Shown one piece after another: positions 19,194 to 28,927 of a DNA stretch of 37,605 nucleotides. The stretch's first letter is position 1; every line of letters starts with the position of its first letter. The stretch covers positions 1 through 37,605 of the forward strand of contig JBBDRK010000040.1 of the NCBI GenBank assembly GCA_040905465.1, read 5' to 3'. This DNA comes from Trueperaceae bacterium (GTDB taxonomy: Bacteria; Deinococcota; Deinococci; Deinococcales; Trueperaceae). Below the pieces are notes generated by a model. The model worked only from the letters and a program-made list of their open reading frames with translations, had not been told where the DNA came from and did not search any database. The position numbers and the translations under genes are program-made.

Positions 19194-20180
19194 GTGGAGG
19201 ACGGTGCTCTCAGACCCACGCGTCTCGACGATTACGTAGGCCAGAAGAGGCTCAAGGAGAAGCTGAGAGTCTATCTGGAGGCTGCCCGTAGTCGCGGCGA
19301 GGCGCTCGACCATGTCCTCCTGTACGGCCCGCCCGGACTGGGAAAGACCACTCTCGCCCACATAATCGCATTCGAGATGGGCGTGGGGATCCGGGTGACC
19401 TCCGGACCCGCCATCGAAAAACCCGGCGATCTCGCGGCGATCCTCACCAATGCTCTCGACGACGGCGACGTGCTGTTCATCGACGAGATACACCGGCTCG
19501 GTCGGGTCGCCGAGGAGCACCTGTATCCGGCGATGGAGGACTTCAAGATCGACATCGTCCTCGGCCAGGGACCCGCCGCCCGCACCATCCGGCTCGACCT
19601 GCCGCGCTTCACCCTGGTGGGCGCCACCACTCGGCCCGGCCTGATTACCGGCCCGATGCGCAGCCGCTTCGGGATCCTCGAGCATCTCGAGTACTACAGC
19701 GAAGAGGAGTTGGCACTGGGCGCAGCCCGTGACGCCCGCCTCCTCGGCTTCGGCCTCAGCGACGAGGCGGCGCTAGAGATCGGACGCCGCTCACGAGGGA
19801 CGATGCGCATCGCCAAGCGGTTGCTGCGCCGCATCCGGGACTACGCCGAGGTGGCCGGCGACGAGTCGGTGGAGCTTTCTCGCGCCCAGGCCACGCTCGA
19901 CGAACTGGGGATAGACGACATCGGACTCGAACGGCGTGACCGGGCGATCCTCAGCAGCATGATCGAGAAGTTCGCGGGCGGGCCGGTCGGCCTGGACACG
20001 CTGGCCACCGCCGTCGGCGAGGACCGCGCGACGCTGGAGGAGGTCCATGAACCGTTTCTCATCCAGCTCGGCCTGATCCAGCGCACGGCGCGCGGGCGGG
20101 TAGCCACCGAGCGGGCCTATCGCCACCTGGGATTGCCCGCTCCGGCCGATGCCGGCCTGTTCCCGCTCGGACGGGGCTGA
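19194..20180 (+). CDS. ruvB: Holliday junction branch migration helicase RuvB
   Basis: [42 protein letters not shown]. Confidence 0.98.
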   Translation: MEDGALRPTRLDDYVGQKRLKEKLRVYLEAARSRGEALDHVLLYGPPGLGKTTLAHIIAFEMGVGIRVTSGPAIEKPGDLAAILTNALDDGDVLFIDEIHRLGRVAEEHLYPAMEDFKIDIVLGQGPAARTIRLDLPRFTLVGATTRPGLITGPMRSRFGILEHLEYYSEEELALGAARDARLLGFGLSDEAALEIGRRSRGTMRIAKRLLRRIRDYAEVAGDESVELSRAQATLDELGIDDIGLERRDRAILSSMIEKFAGGPVGLDTLATAVGEDRATLEEVHEPFLIQLGLIQRTARGRVATERAYRHLGLPAPADAGLFPLGRG

Positions 20181-20195
20181 GCCGGCGAGCCGACC

Positions 20196-21263
20196 ATGAT
20201 CGAAGGAAGCCTGCGCAACGTTCCCCTCACCGACGTATTCCAGGTGGTCGCCACCTCGCAGAAGAGCGGGGCGCTCACTATCACCCGGGGGCGCACCCGG
20301 GCGCGCGTCCACTTCGCGATGGGGCGTATCCATTACGCTCACGTCTCGCCCGGAGTGAACCTGGGAGAGATCCTGGTGCGGATGGAGTTGCTGACGGTTG
20401 CCGAGTTGCTCGAGCTTCTGCTCAAGCAACAGCGGGAGAGCGCCGGACTGCCGTTGGCTCTGGCCGCCGTGGGCGCGGGTTATCTCGACGACGACGGCCT
20501 GCGAGCGGGGCTCGAACGCCAGGTGTTCGAGGTGCTCACCGAGCTGCTGACCTGGCGTAGCGGCAACTTCTCCTTCGGTGAGAGCAGCGACCGTGCCACC
20601 CAGTTGCCGGTGGAGCATAGCTTCGATGCAATGAGCCTGCTCATGCAGGTTGCGCAGCAGATCGCCAACTACGAGGAGGGTGCGGTGAGCCAGGGCGCGG
20701 TCTACCGCCAGGCCGGCGATCCGACCGAAGCGCAGATGCCCGTGAACGGGTGGGAGGTGCTGGCCACGGTCGACGGACGCCGCAGTGCCGCATCGATCGC
20801 CGCCGAGCTCGAGCTGCCCGAACGGCAGGTTTACCACCTGCTGCACAAGCTGGAACAGCTCGGCGTGGTGGAGCCGTCGCCCTTTCGGGTCGAGGAGTCG
20901 CTGGTGCCGGTGCTCACTCCCTCGAACGCTCACGCCCGCCTCCTGCGGCTGCTGGTGCTGCGCTGCCGCGCCGTTCCGCGCATAGAGACCCAGCAGTCCA
21001 GCGCGCTCACCTTCCTGGCGGAGAACCACCCGCGGGCGTTGATAGTGGACGACCACGATGGGTCGGCCTGGCAATTTCTCCGGGAAGTCCGGCGTCTGCC
21101 CGGCAAGTCGCACCTGCCGGTCGTGATCCTGACGCCTCCCGGTACCGACATGGGTGTCCTCGCCAAAATGCGCCGGCCACGCGCTCTGACACTGGCCAAG
21201 CCGTTCCGGGAGCTGGAGTTCCAGCAGCTCGTGACCCGGATGGTCGGGGCGCCAACCGCCTGA
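20196..21263 (+). CDS. DUF4388/PATAN-domain protein with central winged helix and atypical C-terminal receiver domain
   Basis: IEGSLRNVPLTDVFQ...KSGALTI...GRIHYA, LLTWRSGNFSF; VDGRRSAASIAAEL...LEQLGVV; LIVDD...VVILT...KPF. Confidence 0.8.
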   Translation: MIEGSLRNVPLTDVFQVVATSQKSGALTITRGRTRARVHFAMGRIHYAHVSPGVNLGEILVRMELLTVAELLELLLKQQRESAGLPLALAAVGAGYLDDDGLRAGLERQVFEVLTELLTWRSGNFSFGESSDRATQLPVEHSFDAMSLLMQVAQQIANYEEGAVSQGAVYRQAGDPTEAQMPVNGWEVLATVDGRRSAASIAAELELPERQVYHLLHKLEQLGVVEPSPFRVEESLVPVLTPSNAHARLLRLLVLRCRAVPRIETQQSSALTFLAENHPRALIVDDHDGSAWQFLREVRRLPGKSHLPVVILTPPGTDMGVLAKMRRPRALTLAKPFRELEFQQLVTRMVGAPTA

Positions 21264-21341
21264 CCCACGGCGCATTCGCGGAGTTCCAGGCGTGCCTCGA
21301 CGCCCTGTCATCGTTCATGGCCGGGAGTCCGGCTGCCTCTG

Positions 21342-21370
21342 TTGCGCAAGGTCTGACAGCTTGCTATAGT
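21342..21370 (+). promoter_or_regulatory. SigA-type promoter of the sugar ABC operon
   Basis: TTGCGC (21342-47), 17 nt, TATAGT (21365-70), with an extended TG. Confidence 0.65.
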
Positions 21371-21510
21371 CGACGCATTCAAATCGGCAGGAGTGGTGAG
21401 CATCGATTGGGCACTCGTGTCCTGATGCGCCAGCAACAGGGTATGTGCCTCCGGTGGCGTTGCTCGTGTCGCTTTGAGATCGTGGGGAAATAGCGGAGAA
21501 GAGGTGGAAG

Positions 21511-22818
21511 ATGAAGCGATTGATCCTGGCCTTCACGTTGTTCCTGGGCACGGTCGCCCTTGCCCAGCAAGACGTGAGCGTCACCTGGATGACCGGCGCC
21601 AACACGCCTTCCGTCCAGTTCGCGCAGAAGACCGCTCAGCGGTACATGGACGCCAACCCGCACACCATCGGCGGCACCGATTACAACGTAACCATCGAGG
21701 TGGTCCCGGGGCCCGACAGCGCTACCGACCGCTTGAGCCTCTATCTCCAGTACTTCGAGGCGCGCTCGTCCGAGGTCGACGTCATGGACATCGACGTCAT
21801 CTGGCCAGGCGACCTTGCCGCTCACCTCGCCAACCTGTACGACTACGAAGGCTTCGAGGCCGCGGTCGAGGACTTCTTCCCCGCGATCGTCGAGAACAAC
21901 ACGGTCAACGGCGAGCTGGTCGGACTGCCGTACTTCACCGATGCCGGCCTGCTGTACTACCGGCAGGATCTGCTCGACGAGTACGGATTCGACGGCCCGC
22001 CTGAGACCTGGCAAGAGCTCGAACAGATGGCGCAGACGATCCAGGACGGCGAGCGCGAGGGCGGCAACCCCGACTTCTGGGGCTACGTGTGGCAGGGCAA
22101 CGCCTACGAGGGCCTAACCTGTGATGCGCTCGAATGGGTGGCCTCCAACGGTGGCGGCAGCATCATCGAGCCGGACGGTACTATCTCCATCAACAACGAA
22201 CGGGCCATCGCGGCCGTGGAGATGGCAGCCAACTGGGTCGGCACCATTTCGCCTGACGGCGTTACCGGCTACCAGGAAGAGGACGCCCGTGGCACCTGGC
22301 AGAGCGGGAACGCCGCGTTCATGAGGAACTGGCCCTACGCCTACGTGCCGGGACAGGACGCCGACAGCGCCATTCGCGACAAGTTCGGCGTGACCACCCT
22401 CCCCGCCGGTGACAGTGGCGCCGGAGCCGCAACGCTGGGCGGCTGGCAGTTGGCCGTGAATCGCTACAGCCCGAATCCGGAAGTGGCCGCCGACGTGGTT
22501 CTGCACCTCGGCAGCTACGACGAGCAGCTCGCACGCGCGATAGAGGTCAGCAACCTGCCGACCATCGAGGCGGTCTACGAAGACCAGGAGCTCCTCGATT
22601 CCGATGTCGGCTGGTTCAACGCACTGCTGCCGGTGTTCCGCAACGCCGTAGCGCGTCCGTCGACAATCACTGCTCCCCAGTACGGAGAGACCTCGCGGCT
22701 GTTCTTCAGCGCCATCCACGACGTGCTCACGGGCGACGAAGACGCCTCGACGGCTCTTGCGATCCTGGAGCTCGACCTCGAGGCATTGCACCCGGATCTC
22801 GAACTTGGCGAACCCTAA
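21511..22818 (+). CDS. Sugar ABC transporter substrate-binding protein (trehalose/maltose alpha-glucoside type)
   Basis: Signal peptide MKRLILAFTLFLGTVALA; DIDVIWPG, PYFTDAGLLYYR, WQGNAYEGLTCDALEW, FMRNWPY, ATLGGWQL. Confidence 0.92.
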   Translation: MKRLILAFTLFLGTVALAQQDVSVTWMTGANTPSVQFAQKTAQRYMDANPHTIGGTDYNVTIEVVPGPDSATDRLSLYLQYFEARSSEVDVMDIDVIWPGDLAAHLANLYDYEGFEAAVEDFFPAIVENNTVNGELVGLPYFTDAGLLYYRQDLLDEYGFDGPPETWQELEQMAQTIQDGEREGGNPDFWGYVWQGNAYEGLTCDALEWVASNGGGSIIEPDGTISINNERAIAAVEMAANWVGTISPDGVTGYQEEDARGTWQSGNAAFMRNWPYAYVPGQDADSAIRDKFGVTTLPAGDSGAGAATLGGWQLAVNRYSPNPEVAADVVLHLGSYDEQLARAIEVSNLPTIEAVYEDQELLDSDVGWFNALLPVFRNAVARPSTITAPQYGETSRLFFSAIHDVLTGDEDASTALAILELDLEALHPDLELGEP

Positions 22819-22838
22819 GCCGGGGTCGGCCTGACATG

Positions 22839-22871
22839 AGCGCCGGGCCGGGATACAACCCGCCCGGCGCT
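22839..22871 (+). terminator. GC-rich intercistronic stem-loop after the binding-protein gene (mRNA stabiliser or partial terminator)
   Basis: agcgccgggc-c-ggg-atacaa-ccc-gcccggcgct; only a weak U-tail. Confidence 0.6.
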
Positions 22872-22942
22872 TCTCGTGGGGCGTAAGCAAGGACCGGCAC
22901 CCCGTGCCGGCACGACGCGCTTCACATCAACGGAGGTAATGC

Positions 22943-24034
22943 ATGGACCAGAGTCGGATGCGGGCCGCTCAGCCCCGGGAACGTCGCCGAGGGATCTCGT
23001 TGTTGGCGCAGCGCGAGGAGCGCATGGCCTGGTTCCTTCTGCTCCCGTCGCTTATTCTGCTCCTGCTGGTGGCCGTTTACCCGTTGGGCAGGGTCGTCTA
23101 CTCGAGCTTCACCGACGCCCGTTTCGCCGCCGCCGGCTCTCCCCAGGTCAACCTGGTGGGGTTCCTCAACTACCGCAAGCTGCTCAGCATCACGGTGCGG
23201 GAGTTGCCGTTCGAGGTGAACGCCGAAGGGGCGCGCGAATACGAGCACCCTCGGCTCTTCCTGCGCAGGCTCGACACCGCCTTGCCGTACGACGAGGTAC
23301 GGACCTTCGGCCTGTTCGGCTCCCGCTACGTGATCGGCGCTCCCAACGCGTCGTTCGTCCGATCGATCATCGACACGCTGATTTTCACCGTGCTCACGGT
23401 GGGTCTGGAGACGATCCTCGGGATGATCGTCGCCTTGGCGCTGGCTTCACGATTCTTCGGTCGCAACGTAATGCGCACGGCGATGCTGGTCCCCTGGGCG
23501 ATAATCACCGTGGTCTCGGCGCTCATCTGGCAGTGGATGTTCCGATCCAACCGCGCCGGGTTCTTCAACGCGCTGCTCGACCGGCTCGACTGGGGTTCCG
23601 GGAACGCCGGATTCCTAACGCAGGCCTCGTTGCAGCTGCCGTCGATCATCGCCATCGACGTCTGGAAGACCACGCCTTTCATGGCTCTTCTCCTTTTGGC
23701 CGGGCTGGCGACGATCCCGCGCGAATTGTACGAAGCAGCAGAGGTGGACGGAGCATCGCCGGTCCGGAGATTCTTCTCGATAACGTTGCCATTGGTGTCG
23801 CCGACACTTGCAGTCGCCCTGATCTTCCGAACGCTCGACGCCCTGCGGGTTTTCGACCTGTTCCAGGTCGTCTTCGGCGAGCGCCGCTTCTCGATGGCAA
23901 GTTTCGCTCAGTACACGCTGGTCTCCAACCGGGACGTTGGTTTGTCGTCGGCGGCTTCAGTGGTGATCTTCCTGATCATATTCACCTTCGCCATGTTCTA
24001 CATCCGCGCGCTGGGAGTCGATAACGATGACTAG
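22943..24034 (+). CDS. Sugar ABC permease (MalF-like)
   Basis: DVWKTTPFMALLLLAGL, EAA loop ELYEAAEVDGAS, FRTLDALRVFD. Confidence 0.94.
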   Translation: MDQSRMRAAQPRERRRGISLLAQREERMAWFLLLPSLILLLLVAVYPLGRVVYSSFTDARFAAAGSPQVNLVGFLNYRKLLSITVRELPFEVNAEGAREYEHPRLFLRRLDTALPYDEVRTFGLFGSRYVIGAPNASFVRSIIDTLIFTVLTVGLETILGMIVALALASRFFGRNVMRTAMLVPWAIITVVSALIWQWMFRSNRAGFFNALLDRLDWGSGNAGFLTQASLQLPSIIAIDVWKTTPFMALLLLAGLATIPRELYEAAEVDGASPVRRFFSITLPLVSPTLAVALIFRTLDALRVFDLFQVVFGERRFSMASFAQYTLVSNRDVGLSSAASVVIFLIIFTFAMFYIRALGVDNDD

Positions 24035-24872
24035 GAAGCAGAGGAAGTTGATCGGCAGGATCGGTTTCTACATCCTGATCAGTGTCATCTTCATCTATCT
24101 GATGTTCCCGTTCTACTGGGCCACCATCTCGGCGCTCAAGACCGAGGCCGAGCTGATCCGAACGCCGGCGACGTTCTTCCCCGAGAACATCAGCCTTCAG
24201 AACTTCCGCGCGGTGCTGATGAATACCCGGTTCCTCAGAGGAATCCTCAACAGCGTGCTGGTGGCCAGCGCCGCGACGGCACTGAGCCTGCTGTTCGGCT
24301 CGTTCGCGGGATACGCTTTGGGCAAGATGCGCTTCCGCGGGCGATCCCCGTCGCTCTACACCATCCTGGCGATGACAATGTTTCCGCAGGTAGCGGTGCT
24401 GGCCGGGCTCTACGCGGTCATCCGCGTGCTGTCGATGCCGACGCTGCTCAGCCTGGTGCTCTCCTACCTGATCTTTACCCTGCCGTTCACGGTCTGGGTC
24501 CTGACCGCCTTCTTCAAGGGGTTGCCGTCGACGCTCCTGCAGGCGGCCCAGGTTGACGGCGCGACCTTCATGCAGACCTTCTGGCAGGTACTTCTCCCAC
24601 TCACCGCTCCGGCGTTGGTGACCACCGGGCTCCTCGCCTTCATCAACGCCTGGAACGAATACCTGTTCGCCCTCACCTTCACCGCCACCAACCCGCGGGC
24701 GCAGACCGTGCCGGTGGCGATAGCCAACCTCTCGGGACGAATAGCCCGGCAGGAGCCGGTCGGCGAGATAATGGCGGGAGCACTGATCGTCACCATCCCG
24801 CTGGTGGTGCTGGTACTGGTCTTCCAGAACCGCATCGTCGAGGGCCTCACGGCCGGAGCGGTGAAGGGCTGA
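24027..24872 (+). CDS. Sugar ABC permease (MalG-like)
   Basis: FPFYW, QAAQVDGA, AFINAWNEYLFA, IVEGLTAGAVKG; 8-nt overlap with the upstream permease. Confidence 0.95.
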   Translation: MTRKQRKLIGRIGFYILISVIFIYLMFPFYWATISALKTEAELIRTPATFFPENISLQNFRAVLMNTRFLRGILNSVLVASAATALSLLFGSFAGYALGKMRFRGRSPSLYTILAMTMFPQVAVLAGLYAVIRVLSMPTLLSLVLSYLIFTLPFTVWVLTAFFKGLPSTLLQAAQVDGATFMQTFWQVLLPLTAPALVTTGLLAFINAWNEYLFALTFTATNPRAQTVPVAIANLSGRIARQEPVGEIMAGALIVTIPLVVLVLVFQNRIVEGLTAGAVKG

Positions 24873-24887
24873 GTGACTGCGTCCGGG

Positions 24888-26900
24888 CTAGGCGTCTTGC
24901 GCCTGTGCCCGGCGCACCACCCGCGTAACCTCGTCGAGCGCTTCCGGGTTGGCTATCACCGATCGATTGACTACCTCCTCGCCGTTCACCACTCGGGCCA
25001 CGGCCATCTCCATCACCTTGCCCGAGCGTGTGCGCGGCAGTTGCGATACCGCCAGGACTCGGCCGGGAACGTGACGGGGGCTGGCAGCCTTGCGGATCCG
25101 TGAGCGGATCGTTTCCACCAACTCTTCGTCGAGCGGCACCCCTTCGGCCAGGACCACGAACAGCCAGATCGACTCGTCGCCGTCCTGGCGCCGACCCACG
25201 GCGGCGGCCTCCAGCACTTCCGGGAGCTCATCCAGGGGCCGGTAGACCTCGGCCGTCCCGATGCGTACCCCGCCCGGGTTGAGAGTCGCGTCGGAACGGC
25301 CGAACACCACCACACCTCCCTCAGGTGTCATCTCCACCAGATCGCCGTGATGCCATACCCCGTCGAATCGCTCGAAGTAGGAGCGCCGGTAGCGCTCGCC
25401 GTCGCGATCGTTCCAGAAGCGCAGCGGCATCGAGGGCAGCGATTGGCGGCATACCAGCTCGGCCGGGCGTCCCCGCACCGGTCTGCCCTGGTCATCGAAC
25501 GCGGCCAGGTCGACTGCCAGGCCGGGAGCCTGAATCTGACCGGAATACACGGGCAGCGTGGGCACGCCCAGCATGAAGCAGCTGACTATATCGGTGCCGC
25601 CCGAGATCGACGCCAGATGGACGTCTTCCTTGATCGAACGGTAGACGAACTCGAACCCGGCGGGCGACAGCGAGGAGCCGGTGGAGGCGATGGTACGCAG
25701 CCGGCCCAGGTTGAACTGCCGCGGCTCGACCTGCCGGGACTGAAGTGAGTGCAGGTAGCGGGCGCTGGTCCCGAAGAAGGTGAACCGGTGACGGTCCGCC
25801 AGGCGCCACAGCGTCTCGATGTCGGGGTGGGCGGGCGATCCTTCGTAGAGTACCGCCGTCGCTCCTTGGGCCAGCACCGACACCAGCCAGTTCCACATCA
25901 TCCACCCGCAGGTGGTGAAATACAGGGCCAGGTCGCCCGGTCGTATGTCGCAGTGCAGTCGGTGCTCCTTGTGGTGCGCCAGCAGGACGCCGCCGGCCCG
26001 GTGGACGATCGCCTTCGGCGGCCCGGTGGTGCCGGACGAATAGAGCACGTAGAGAGGATGATCGAACGGCTGCGGTTCTAGCCGCGGGGCGCCTTCGTTT
26101 TGCCTCGGCAGCCACTCCTCCCAGGGCACGGTTTCCGCCGGAGGCGGACCGGGCCCGGCCCCCGGGCAAGGTAACGCTACCGCCCGGCGAAGCCCAAGCT
26201 CGGCGACCAGCCGGCGGACGGTCGACGCGGTGTCGAAGCGCTTGCCGCCGTAACGGTATTCGCACGAGGCGGCCAGCACCTTGGGCTTCACCTGGCCGAA
26301 CCGCGCAGCGGCTGCCTCGAACCCGAAGTCGGGCGAGCAACTAGTGAAGATCGCGCCCAATCCGGCGCAGGCCAGCAATAGGACCACCGTTTCGGGCACG
26401 TTGGCGGCGAACGCGGCCACCCGGTCGCCGGGTCCGATGCCCTCGCCGCTCAACGCGGCCTGAACCGCCGCCGTTTGGCGCCTCAGCTCCGCATAGCTGA
26501 GGCGCCGCTCGCCACCTGACTCGTCGAGCGCCAGCAGAGCCGGCTGACTCTCCGCGACGAGGGCCGGTGGGTAGAGCAGGGCTTCCGCGTAGTTGAGCGT
26601 AGCGCCCGGGAACCAGCGGGTACCCGGCATCGGGTCGTTGCTCATGACCCGCTCTGGAGGGGCGTGAAACGGTATGCCGGCGAACCGCGCATACAGCGAC
26701 CAGAAGCCGGCCGGGTCGGCGACCGACCAGGCGTGTAGATCGCTGTAACCGGCCAGGTCACGACCGGCAGCGGCACTCGCCTGCTCCCGGAATGTCGTGA
26801 TCGCCGCCTGAGCGATGCGGGCCTCGGAAGGACGCCACAACGGTTCGAGCTGCGGTTCGAGCTGTGGTTCAGACTGCTGTTCGGTCTGTCGTCGACGCAT
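24888..26900 (-). CDS. Acetoacetate--CoA ligase
   Basis: LWRPS, YSSGTTGPPK, FTTCGWMMWNW, ASISGGTDIVSCF, GRSDATLNPGGVRIGTAE, PRTRSGK; ATG 26900 with GGAGG/GGAG upstream. The ORF-track start at 27374 is over-extended. Confidence 0.93.
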   Translation of the reverse strand: MRRRQTEQQSEPQLEPQLEPLWRPSEARIAQAAITTFREQASAAAGRDLAGYSDLHAWSVADPAGFWSLYARFAGIPFHAPPERVMSNDPMPGTRWFPGATLNYAEALLYPPALVAESQPALLALDESGGERRLSYAELRRQTAAVQAALSGEGIGPGDRVAAFAANVPETVVLLLACAGLGAIFTSCSPDFGFEAAAARFGQVKPKVLAASCEYRYGGKRFDTASTVRRLVAELGLRRAVALPCPGAGPGPPPAETVPWEEWLPRQNEGAPRLEPQPFDHPLYVLYSSGTTGPPKAIVHRAGGVLLAHHKEHRLHCDIRPGDLALYFTTCGWMMWNWLVSVLAQGATAVLYEGSPAHPDIETLWRLADRHRFTFFGTSARYLHSLQSRQVEPRQFNLGRLRTIASTGSSLSPAGFEFVYRSIKEDVHLASISGGTDIVSCFMLGVPTLPVYSGQIQAPGLAVDLAAFDDQGRPVRGRPAELVCRQSLPSMPLRFWNDRDGERYRRSYFERFDGVWHHGDLVEMTPEGGVVVFGRSDATLNPGGVRIGTAEVYRPLDELPEVLEAAAVGRRQDGDESIWLFVVLAEGVPLDEELVETIRSRIRKAASPRHVPGRVLAVSQLPRTRSGKVMEMAVARVVNGEEVVNRSVIANPEALDEVTRVVRRAQAQDA
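26842..26889. repeat. Four degenerate 12-bp tandem units encoding the N-terminal Q(T/S/L)E(Q/P) repeats
   Basis: ggttcgagctgc ggttcgagctgt ggttcagactgc tgttcggtctgt. Confidence 0.8.
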
Positions 26901-27002
26901 GGCTCCAGTTCCTCCCGGTCCCCTCAGTCTAGATGAGACGGCCGGCACCTGAGCGCGACAGGTCGCTACCGCTTCCAGGGCGATCGGGTCGTAGACTGGC
27001 CT

Positions 27003-28907
27003 GTGTTCAGTAATCGCCGCAACTCCGGCAACTCTCGACCCCCATCCCCCGGCCGAAGATCCATCGACCTGGGCCAGTTGCGGCGCATGCTTGCTCTCAC
27101 TTCGCCCTACCGCACCCAGTTGTTGGTGGGCATTGTCGCCATCGCGGTGGCCAGCCTGCTCGGACTGGCGCTGCCGTTGCTGGCTCGTGACCTGTTCAAC
27201 CGTGCGTTCGAAGCCGAACGGGTATTGCCTGAAATAACCGACCTGAACCGGATAACCCTGGTGCTGCTGGCGATCTTCCTGGTGCAGGCGGTGTTCAACT
27301 TCCTGCGCGTGTACCTGCTCGGCCTGGTGGGCGAGGGGGTGGTGGCCGACCTGCGCAAGCTGCTCTACGGCCATCTTCTGGGCTTGAGCGTCCCCTTCTT
27401 CGACCGGCGCAAGACAGGCGAGATCACTTCTCGGCTCACCGCCGATGTGGCCACGGTACAGGCGGCCGTTTCACAGGGCCTCGCCCAACTGGTGAGCCAG
27501 TCGGTCACCCTGCTGGGCGCCTCGGTGGTCCTGCTCGTCCTCAACGCTCGCCTCACCCTGGTGATGCTGGCCGTCGTTCCGCCAGTGATAGTCGCCGGAG
27601 CGCTGTTCGGCCGGCGCCTGCGGCGCATCAGCACCCGCTTCCAGGACAGGGTGGCCGAGGCCAACGCCGATGCCGAGGAGGCACTGGGCGGCATCCGGGT
27701 GGTGAAGTCGTTTACCGCCGAGGATTTGGAGCGCAAGCGCTACGCCCGCTCGATAGACGAGTCGTTCGGTCTGGGCCGCTCGCGAGCAGTGGCCCGCGCG
27801 CTGTTCGTGCCGTCGATAATCCTGGCACTGTTCGCCGGCATCGCCCTGGTGCTCTGGTACGGGGGCCGGCAGGTGCTTTTGGGAGCGCTCGCTCCCGGCG
27901 ACCTTGTGGCGTTCCTGTTTCTGATGCTTTTCGTGGCCGGCTCACTGGGCACCTTCACCGGCCTGTACAGCCAGCTCCAGGAGGCGATCGGGGCATCTCA
28001 GCGGATTTTCGAACTCTTGGATGTAGCAGGAGAGGCTATGAGCGGAGAAGGCTTGAGCGGGGAAGCTGACAGCACGGCGGCCGTGAGCGGAGCGGATGTG
28101 AGCCGGGAGTCGCCGTCGGCGGCCGGAACGGAGGTGTCGCCACGCCGGGACATACGCGGACGAGTCGAGTTCCACGGCGTGTCGTTCGCTTACGGTGACC
28201 GGGGAGATGCACTGGTGCTGGAACAGGTCGACCTGCTTGCGCAACCGGGGGAGGTAATCGCGCTGGTCGGCCCGTCCGGCGCCGGCAAGAGCACTCTGGT
28301 GTCGCTGTTGCCGAGGTTCTACGAACCGCTCGCCGGCAGGATTACTCTCGACGGGCACGACCTGTCGGACCTGGAGTTGCCGGAACTCCGTTCGCAGATA
28401 GCCATGGTTCCGCAGGAGACCCACCTGTTCTCGGGAACGGTCAGCGAAAACATCAGGTACGGCAAGCCGGCCGCCGACGACCGGGAGGTCGTGGAGGCCG
28501 CCCGAGCCGCCAATGCCGACGGCTTCGTGAGCGAGTTCCCGGAGGGGTACGGCACGCTGGTCGGCGAGCGCGGGGTGAAGCTCTCGGGCGGACAGCGACA
28601 GCGCCTGGCTATCGCCCGGGCGCTCCTCAAGGATCCCCGCATCCTCATCCTCGACGAAGCCACTTCGTCGCTGGACAGCGAGTCGGAAGCGTTGATCCAG
28701 ACCGCTCTGGAGCGGCTCATGATCGGTCGTACCACCTTCGTGATCGCTCACCGGCTGGCAACAGTCCTCAGCGCAGACCGCATCGTGGTGCTCGACCGCG
28801 GCAGGATCGTTCAACAGGGCCCTCACGCCGCGCTGCTGGCGCAGGGCGGACTCTACCGCGAACTGTACCTGCGGCAGTTCGACGTGGAGAGCCTTACCGA
28901 GCGCTGA
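27003..28907 (+). CDS. ABC exporter, fused TMD-NBD (MsbA/MdlB-like)
   Basis: Six-TM domain, GPSGAGKS, LSGGQRQR, ILDEATSSLD, IAHRL. Confidence 0.95.
   Translation: MFSNRRNSGNSRPPSPGRRSIDLGQLRRMLALTSPYRTQLLVGIVAIAVASLLGLALPLLARDLFNRAFEAERVLPEITDLNRITLVLLAIFLVQAVFNFLRVYLLGLVGEGVVADLRKLLYGHLLGLSVPFFDRRKTGEITSRLTADVATVQAAVSQGLAQLVSQSVTLLGASVVLLVLNARLTLVMLAVVPPVIVAGALFGRRLRRISTRFQDRVAEANADAEEALGGIRVVKSFTAEDLERKRYARSIDESFGLGRSRAVARALFVPSIILALFAGIALVLWYGGRQVLLGALAPGDLVAFLFLMLFVAGSLGTFTGLYSQLQEAIGASQRIFELLDVAGEAMSGEGLSGEADSTAAVSGADVSRESPSAAGTEVSPRRDIRGRVEFHGVSFAYGDRGDALVLEQVDLLAQPGEVIALVGPSGAGKSTLVSLLPRFYEPLAGRITLDGHDLSDLELPELRSQIAMVPQETHLFSGTVSENIRYGKPAADDREVVEAARAANADGFVSEFPEGYGTLVGERGVKLSGGQRQRLAIARALLKDPRILILDEATSSLDSESEALIQTALERLMIGRTTFVIAHRLATVLSADRIVVLDRGRIVQQGPHAALLAQGGLYRELYLRQFDVESLTER
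28023..28112 (+). repeat. Six degenerate 15-bp tandem units in the TMD-NBD linker
   Basis: gtagcaggagaggct atgagcggagaaggc ttgagcggggaagct gacagcacggcggcc gtgagcggagcggat gtgagccgggagtcg (VAGEA MSGEG LSGEA DSTAA VSGAD VSRES). Confidence 0.7.
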
Positions 28908-28927
28908 CACGCTCCGGCGTCACGAGC

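Noticed and set aside
17799-21311. Long minus-strand ORFs of 628 aa and 506 aa
   Set aside because: Antisense to the MATE, ruvB and DUF4388 genes, which have clear family motifs.
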